From Dehalococcoidia bacterium (GTDB lineage Bacteria; Chloroflexota; Dehalococcoidia; Bin125), in assembly GCA_963555985.3 (NCBI GenBank), contig OY820591.1:96001-160000 (forward strand): DNA of 64,000 bases, read 5' to 3'. Of this stretch, positions 58,842 to 64,000 are shown piece after piece. A program made the translations under genes and the position numbers. Below the pieces are notes generated by a model. That model was given only the letters and a program-made list of their open reading frames with translations, was not told the DNA's origin and searched no databases. Each line of letters starts with the position of its first letter. Position 1 is the stretch's first letter.

Positions 58842-58886
58842 CCCCGCAGCTCGGTATCGTGGAGGCTCAGTGAAGGGGTGTGCCCC

Positions 58887-59267
58887 GTGGCCGAGCCTGT
58901 CCACGCCGATCCGCGACTTGAGCTCGTCGACATGGACGCGCTCGATCTGGATGACTTCCCGCCGCTCAAAGAGTGGGACGAGTTCGATTGGCAAGAGGCG
59001 ATCGTGATCACCCGCTACGACCGCGCCCGAGCGGCGCACCGGCCGGGCGACCCCGACCCGCGCCTGCACTTGATCGATCTACAGGTCCTCGATCTGGACA
59101 AATTCCCACCGCTGGAGCAGTGGAGCGAAGACGACTGGGACGAGGCCATGCTGATCACGCGCTCGGCGATGATCGAGAAGTACACGACTGAGTGGATTCC
59201 ACTTGAGCAACTGATCGAGAAATACGGGTTCGAGGTCGTGGATGGCGAACTGCGGCGGCGCGAGTGA
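58887..59267 (+). CDS. Putative antitoxin with two tandem PPxxEW repeats
   Basis: DPRLEL..FPPLKEWDEFDW.EA and DPRLHL..FPPLEQWSEDDW.EA; WIPLEQL; GTGA overlap with the RelE. Confidence 0.75.
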   Translation: MAEPVHADPRLELVDMDALDLDDFPPLKEWDEFDWQEAIVITRYDRARAAHRPGDPDPRLHLIDLQVLDLDKFPPLEQWSEDDWDEAMLITRSAMIEKYTTEWIPLEQLIEKYGFEVVDGELRRRE

Positions 59268-59530
59268 ACTATCGCGTTCTTCCCACTCCCGACTTCGACC
59301 GTGACTTGGCCAAGTTGGACGTCCGCACACAGGAACGCATCATGCTGAGGGCGCTCAGACTCGTCGCGGATCCACGTGGGTCCGGAACGAAGCAGTTGCA
59401 GGGCCGCCCAATTCGTTGGTCTATGCGTGTTGGTCAGTACCGGGTCATCTTTCGGATTGTTGAGGATGAAGAGATCGTGTACCTCACCGGCATCGATCTC
59501 CGCGACCGCATCTACCGTAGAATTCGCTAA
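59264..59530 (+). CDS. RelE/ParE family toxin
   Basis: FDRDLAKL, DPR..KQLQG, RVGQYRVIF, RDRIY. Confidence 0.88.
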   Translation: MNYRVLPTPDFDRDLAKLDVRTQERIMLRALRLVADPRGSGTKQLQGRPIRWSMRVGQYRVIFRIVEDEEIVYLTGIDLRDRIYRRIR

Positions 59531-59555
59531 ACCCCCACTCTCAGGACAACACCAC

Positions 59556-60683
59556 ATGACCAACACCTCTGTCCGCTTCGGCTGGTACATCCCCACGCAT
59601 GGAGATTTGACCAACTTCGCCGATCCCGATCAGTTCATTCCAGCCTCGATGGAGATGTTCGAGCGCGTCGCGCTGGCCGCAGAAGCGGCCGGCTTCGAGT
59701 ACGCGCTCGTGCCCGTCACCCCGACCTGCTGGGAAGCCTGGATCTCGACCGCGATGATGTCGGCCAAGACCACGAAGCTGAAGATGCTGGTCGCTGCCCG
59801 CCCCGGATACATCCTGCCCACCCAGATGGCGCGCATGATCGGCGCCTTCGACAACCTCAGCGACGGCCGCGTCTACATCAACCTGATCGCCGGCGGCAAT
59901 CCCCGCGATCTCGCCGGCGACGGCATCACCTACTCGCACGACGAGCGCTATGAGGTGATGGACGAGAGCGTCGAGATCATGAAGGCGCTCTGGACCGCCG
60001 ACGGCCCGCTGAACTGGGACAGCCGCCACTTCCAGTTACAGGGCGCGCGCTCCTATCCGCCGCCCTTGCAGAAACCCTGGCCGCGCTTCTACATCGGCGG
60101 CGAGTCCGACGCCGCCCGCGACGTCGGCGCGAAACACGCCGACTGCTACCTCTTCTGGGGCGACACACCCGAACGCACCGCCGAGAAAGTCATCGACATC
60201 CGCCGCCGCGCCGATCGCTTCGGGCGCGAAGGCATCGACTTCGGCATGAGGCTCCAAGTCTGCGTGCGCGAGACCGAGGACGAAGCCTGGGCAGCCGCCA
60301 ACGACCTGATCGCCGGTACCACCGACCGCCAGCGCGCAGCCCGCGCCACCTGGCGCGGTGACTCCCGCGCCGATACCCGTATGTGGGAGCTGGCCAACGG
60401 TTCACGCGACAACGACTACAAGATCGCGCCCCACATCTGGAGCGGTCTGAGCACGGTCCGCGGCGGCGCCGGCGTCTGCATCGTCGGCGACCCGCAGCAG
60501 GTCGCCGACACCTTCCAGCAGTTCATCGAGATCGGCTGCACCGAATTCTGCCTCTCCGGCTACCCCCACGACGACGAAGCCACCCGCTTCGGCAAGTGGG
60601 TCATGCCCCTCATCCAGGAACGCAACCGCAACGGACTGCCACAGCCGACACACACGCCCGCTCTGGTTGCAACCGCCGACTGA
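59556..60683 (+). CDS. Luciferase-like flavin monooxygenase (SsuD-like)
   Basis: WYIPTHGD, AEAAGF, LVAARPG, SGYPH..EA.RF. Confidence 0.88.
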   Translation: MTNTSVRFGWYIPTHGDLTNFADPDQFIPASMEMFERVALAAEAAGFEYALVPVTPTCWEAWISTAMMSAKTTKLKMLVAARPGYILPTQMARMIGAFDNLSDGRVYINLIAGGNPRDLAGDGITYSHDERYEVMDESVEIMKALWTADGPLNWDSRHFQLQGARSYPPPLQKPWPRFYIGGESDAARDVGAKHADCYLFWGDTPERTAEKVIDIRRRADRFGREGIDFGMRLQVCVRETEDEAWAAANDLIAGTTDRQRAARATWRGDSRADTRMWELANGSRDNDYKIAPHIWSGLSTVRGGAGVCIVGDPQQVADTFQQFIEIGCTEFCLSGYPHDDEATRFGKWVMPLIQERNRNGLPQPTHTPALVATAD

Positions 60684-60727
60684 CTGCCGCCGCGTTAGGC
60701 TCAGAAGCAGAGGATTGGAGCCGCCCT

Positions 60728-61174
60728 ATGTCCCGTGTCCAACTCGCCCTCAACGTCGCCGAGCTTGACTCCGCGATTGATTTCTACTCCCAGCTTTTCA
60801 AGACCGACCCGCACAAGGTGCGTCCCGGCTACGCCAACTTCGAGGTCGCCGACCCGCCGCTCAAGCTCGTCCTGATCGAGCATCCCGACGCTGGCGGGCC
60901 GCTCAACCATCTCGGCGTTGAGGTCGAGTCCACCGCCCAGGTCGTCGCCGAGACCCAGCGCCTGGGCGAACTCGGCCATCCCATCGAGGTCGAGGACGCT
61001 ATCGTCTGCTGCCACGCCGAGCAGGACAAGGTCTGGACCAGCGACCCCTCGGGCACCCGCTGGGAGGTCTACACCATCACCGACGACGCGCCCGTCGCCG
61101 ACACCGCCGTCCTGGTGCCGCTGATCGAGACGAACGGCGTCCTCAGCCCGTCCGGCGCCTGCGTCTGCGACTGA
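60728..61174 (+). CDS. ArsI/CadI family glyoxalase-fold metalloenzyme
   Basis: SRVQLALNV, PGYANF, LNHLGVEV, CCHAEQDKVW..DP. Confidence 0.88.
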   Translation: MSRVQLALNVAELDSAIDFYSQLFKTDPHKVRPGYANFEVADPPLKLVLIEHPDAGGPLNHLGVEVESTAQVVAETQRLGELGHPIEVEDAIVCCHAEQDKVWTSDPSGTRWEVYTITDDAPVADTAVLVPLIETNGVLSPSGACVCD

Positions 61175-61211
61175 GTGAGCGCCAGCGCTCGCATCTGCAT
61201 AGACTGAGATC

Positions 61212-62213
61212 GTGCCCCCGATCCTCAGCATCTCCGACCTCAGCATCGAGTACCGCACCCGCGAGGGTCCGGTCCGCGCCGTGCGCAACGCCTCCCTCGA
61301 ACTCGAACGCGGACAGATCGTCGCCCTCGTCGGCGAGAGCGGCTCCGGCAAAACCACGCTCGGACTCAGCATCCTCCGCATCCTGCCCCGCAACGCTGCC
61401 GTCACCAGCGGCGAAATCCACTACCAACGCCAGAACATCGCCGAACTGAGCCGCGAGGAATTGCAGCGCATTCGCGGCGACCAGATCTCAATGATCTTCC
61501 AGGACCCGATCGCCGGCCTGAACCCAATTATCTCGGTCGGTCAACAAGTCGAAGAAGTAATCACCTCGCACCGCCCCGTCGATAAGAAGGAAGCCCGCGC
61601 CCGCGCCCTCGATGCGCTCGCCGCCATGCAACTGCCCGACCCCAAGCGAATCGCCAAAGCCTACCCCGGCGAACTCTCCGGCGGCATGTGCCAGCGCATC
61701 ATGATCGCCATCGCCACCGCCCTCGATCCGCAGGTTTTGATCGCCGACGAACCCACCGCCTCACTCGACGTCACCGTCCAGGCCCAGATCCTCTACGAAC
61801 TCGAGCGCCTGCGCGACGAGCGCGGCACCGCAATCCTGCTGATTACGCACGACATGGGCGTCGTCGCCCAGATCGCCGAGCGCGTCGCCATCATCTACGC
61901 CGGGCGGATGATGGAGATCGACGAGATCATCCCGCTCTACCGCGAGCCGCGCCATCCCTACACCTGGGCCCTGCTCGACACCCTGCCCCGGCTCGACCGC
62001 CGCCGCCGCTCACGCCTCACTCAAATCCCCGGCACACTCCCCGACCTCGCCGACACCGAAATCGGCGAGCACTGCGCCTATCTCGCCCGCTGCCCCAAAG
62101 CTCTCACCCAGTGCCGCACCGATCCCGAACCCGAACTGACCCACGTCCCCGGCGGACGCATTGGTCAACGGCTCGCCTGCTACAACCCGGTCGAAGTGGT
62201 CAACGCCGTCTAG
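61212..62213 (+). CDS. Oligopeptide/dipeptide ABC transporter ATPase (OppD/DppD-like)
   Basis: [31 protein letters not shown]-terminal Cys motif. Confidence 0.93.
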   Translation: MPPILSISDLSIEYRTREGPVRAVRNASLELERGQIVALVGESGSGKTTLGLSILRILPRNAAVTSGEIHYQRQNIAELSREELQRIRGDQISMIFQDPIAGLNPIISVGQQVEEVITSHRPVDKKEARARALDALAAMQLPDPKRIAKAYPGELSGGMCQRIMIAIATALDPQVLIADEPTASLDVTVQAQILYELERLRDERGTAILLITHDMGVVAQIAERVAIIYAGRMMEIDEIIPLYREPRHPYTWALLDTLPRLDRRRRSRLTQIPGTLPDLADTEIGEHCAYLARCPKALTQCRTDPEPELTHVPGGRIGQRLACYNPVEVVNAV

Positions 62214-63207
62214 ACCGTCCGCCGCTCGCCCCCGCCAGTTCCGCCACCAACAATTCCACCGCCACATTCTCCGGCAACCCGCCCTCTCCCCGGCGGTAGT
62301 CGATGATCGCCGTCTCCGCCTCCAAAATTCTCGCCAGCGCCCCATCCGCCGACGCCTGCGTATACGCCTGCGCCTGCCGGCGCATTCGCCGCGCCAGCCA
62401 CTCGAAGTTCGTCTTCAGCGCCGCCTGAATCTCCTGGTCTCGCCCGCCCGAATCCAGCACTTCGCGCGTAACAATGATCTGCCGGTACTGCCGCGCCAGC
62501 ATCTGCATAATCCGCTGCTCCGATTCGCCCTCCGCCCGTACCCCCTCCAACGCCTGCATCGCCGTCGCCAGCCGACCCTCCGCCACCGCGTCGACCAGAT
62601 TGAAGATCGTGACCGAGCGCATCGCCGGCGTCATCGTCTCCACCAGCGCCTCGTCAATCTGAGCATCGCCCGCATACAACGCCAACTTCTCCAACGCCTG
62701 CGTCAGCCCTCCCCGATCACCCCCGGTCCGATCCACCAACATCCGCGCCGCGTTCATGCTCAGATGCAACCCTCGAGTTCGCACTTCCCCCCGCAGCCAC
62801 TCCAACGCCTGCTCAGGCTTCAGCCGCGCAAACTCCTGCACCTCCACATACGGCTCAATCAGCTGCCGCAGCGGATTATTCCGCCGCAACCGATCATCCA
62901 CGAACACCAACACCGTCGAAGCCGGAATCCCTTGCAACAGATCGTCAAGCTGCGCCCATTCCCCAATCCCCCGCCGTCCGCCCTGCTCAAACCGCCCCAA
63001 CAACCCATCTACTCGAACCCAGCGGATATCCCCCAAAAACGGAGCCGCCGAAGCCGCCCCCGCAAGCTCCCCAAGCGTCACCCGCTGCCCCTCAAACGAG
63101 ACCGAGTTGTTGCCCAGCGAACCGTCTGAGTCAAGCGAAGCCCGAAGCTGAGCCACCGCCTCAAGCCGAGCAAAACGATCCTCGCCAAAAATCAGATAAG
63201 CCGGCAT
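62200..63207 (-). CDS. holA: DNA polymerase III delta subunit
   Basis: YLIFGED, APFLG, LEKLALY, IFNLVDAV. Confidence 0.85.
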   Translation of the reverse strand: MPAYLIFGEDRFARLEAVAQLRASLDSDGSLGNNSVSFEGQRVTLGELAGAASAAPFLGDIRWVRVDGLLGRFEQGGRRGIGEWAQLDDLLQGIPASTVLVFVDDRLRRNNPLRQLIEPYVEVQEFARLKPEQALEWLRGEVRTRGLHLSMNAARMLVDRTGGDRGGLTQALEKLALYAGDAQIDEALVETMTPAMRSVTIFNLVDAVAEGRLATAMQALEGVRAEGESEQRIMQMLARQYRQIIVTREVLDSGGRDQEIQAALKTNFEWLARRMRRQAQAYTQASADGALARILEAETAIIDYRRGEGGLPENVAVELLVAELAGASGGRSRRR

Positions 63208-63260
63208 CCCCTCCACTCTAAACAGACCAACCCCCCAACAGAAAGCTCACCCCAAAAGAG

Positions 63261-63470
63261 CTCCGTCATACCCGCGCTCCGCCGCGGGTATCTCGCCGTG
63301 ACCAGCCCCCAACCCTCATCCCACCTCCCCAAAATCTCCCCCTTGAGGGGGAGATGCCCCGTAGGGGCAGAGGGGGTGAAACGCCACACCCAGCACAGAC
63401 GCCCTGCACCTCCCTCCCCGCCCCCACTTCCGTCATACCCGCGCTCCGTCGCGGGTATCTCGCCGTGACC
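63261..63470 (+). repeat. REP-like cluster (A-B-A) upstream of the second small-gene copy
   Basis: Two CCGTCATACCCGCGCTCCG.CGCGGGTATCTCGCCGTGACCAGC units; 63333-63404 is nearly identical to 12844-12915. Confidence 0.82.
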
Positions 63471-63581
63471 AGCACCCAACCTTCCGACAACCGCAACACA
63501 CCATCGGTTTGCAACCCGAACATCAGAACATATAAACTCACCTATCCAAAACACAGGTTCCCAAGAAAGGAACACCCCACC

Positions 63582-63950
63582 ATGCCCTTCGACTACACCT
63601 ACCAGTCCAGCATGACCGGCGTCGGCCAACTCGCCCACTCCAACGAAGCCGGCCACGTCCGCATCAAAGCGCTCGCCCTCCTCATCCGCGAACTCTCCCC
63701 CTCCAACTCCAAGAGCCGCGAGATCCACCACGCGCTCGACATCCCACCACATCCCGAACCCGCGCCCAAACCCCGAGCCAACCACTCTCCCCGCCTGCCC
63801 GAAGCTCCGCTCACTCCCGAGCAGAAGAAGGACTTCCACCTCCACCCGATGTTCGAGATCTACGACGAAGTCGTCGCCTTCATGCGCGGCGAAGACGTGC
63901 CCCTGCTGGACGACGACGACAGCCTCGAAGAAGAGGAAGAGCCGCAGTAA
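63582..63950 (+). CDS. Hypothetical protein, paralog of 11040-11396
   Basis: MPF.Y.YQS.M.GVG.LA, RELSP.N.KSREIH, NHSP.LPEAPLT.EQ.K.FHLH, MRGEDVPL, acidic tail ending EPQ; AAGGA SD. Confidence 0.82.
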   Translation: MPFDYTYQSSMTGVGQLAHSNEAGHVRIKALALLIRELSPSNSKSREIHHALDIPPHPEPAPKPRANHSPRLPEAPLTPEQKKDFHLHPMFEIYDEVVAFMRGEDVPLLDDDDSLEEEEEPQ

Positions 63951-64000
63951 TCCCCCGACCGCAAGCGGCAAACCCAACCTCGTTTTTTTCTCACAGCCCC

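Noticed and set aside
61212-62213. Orphan ABC ATPase as a novel system
   Set aside because: An ordinary OppD/DppD sequence; partner subunits are probably encoded elsewhere

Overview
A 64 kb window of high-GC bacterial chromosome. The gene content resembles Chloroflexota/Dehalococcoidia, but that is inference only. Housekeeping and catabolic genes include ribD/E/BA/H, an ECF sigma/anti-sigma pair, holA, tRNA-Lys(TTT), hydrolases, oxidoreductases, a CoA transferase and carboxylases. These are interleaved with many toxin-antitoxin or RNase-like genes, an IS30 and two families of palindromic REP-like repeats. Main observations: (1) A REP-flanked two-gene module, a small acidic-tailed orphan plus an intact phage-type large terminase with no other phage genes, splits the riboflavin operon. 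A second diverged copy of the small gene and its promoter begins at the window end. (2) Three apparently split genes are single selenoproteins (two AhpD-like CxxU, one GrdB/PrdB-like UxxC), each with an in-frame UGA and a similar SECIS-like hairpin. (3) Five RelE-like toxins are paired with an unrecognised acidic, Trp-rich antitoxin family (PPxxEW motif). (4) The IS30 sits inside a REP doublet and takes its stop codon from the target. All calls come from reading motifs by eye; no searches were run.
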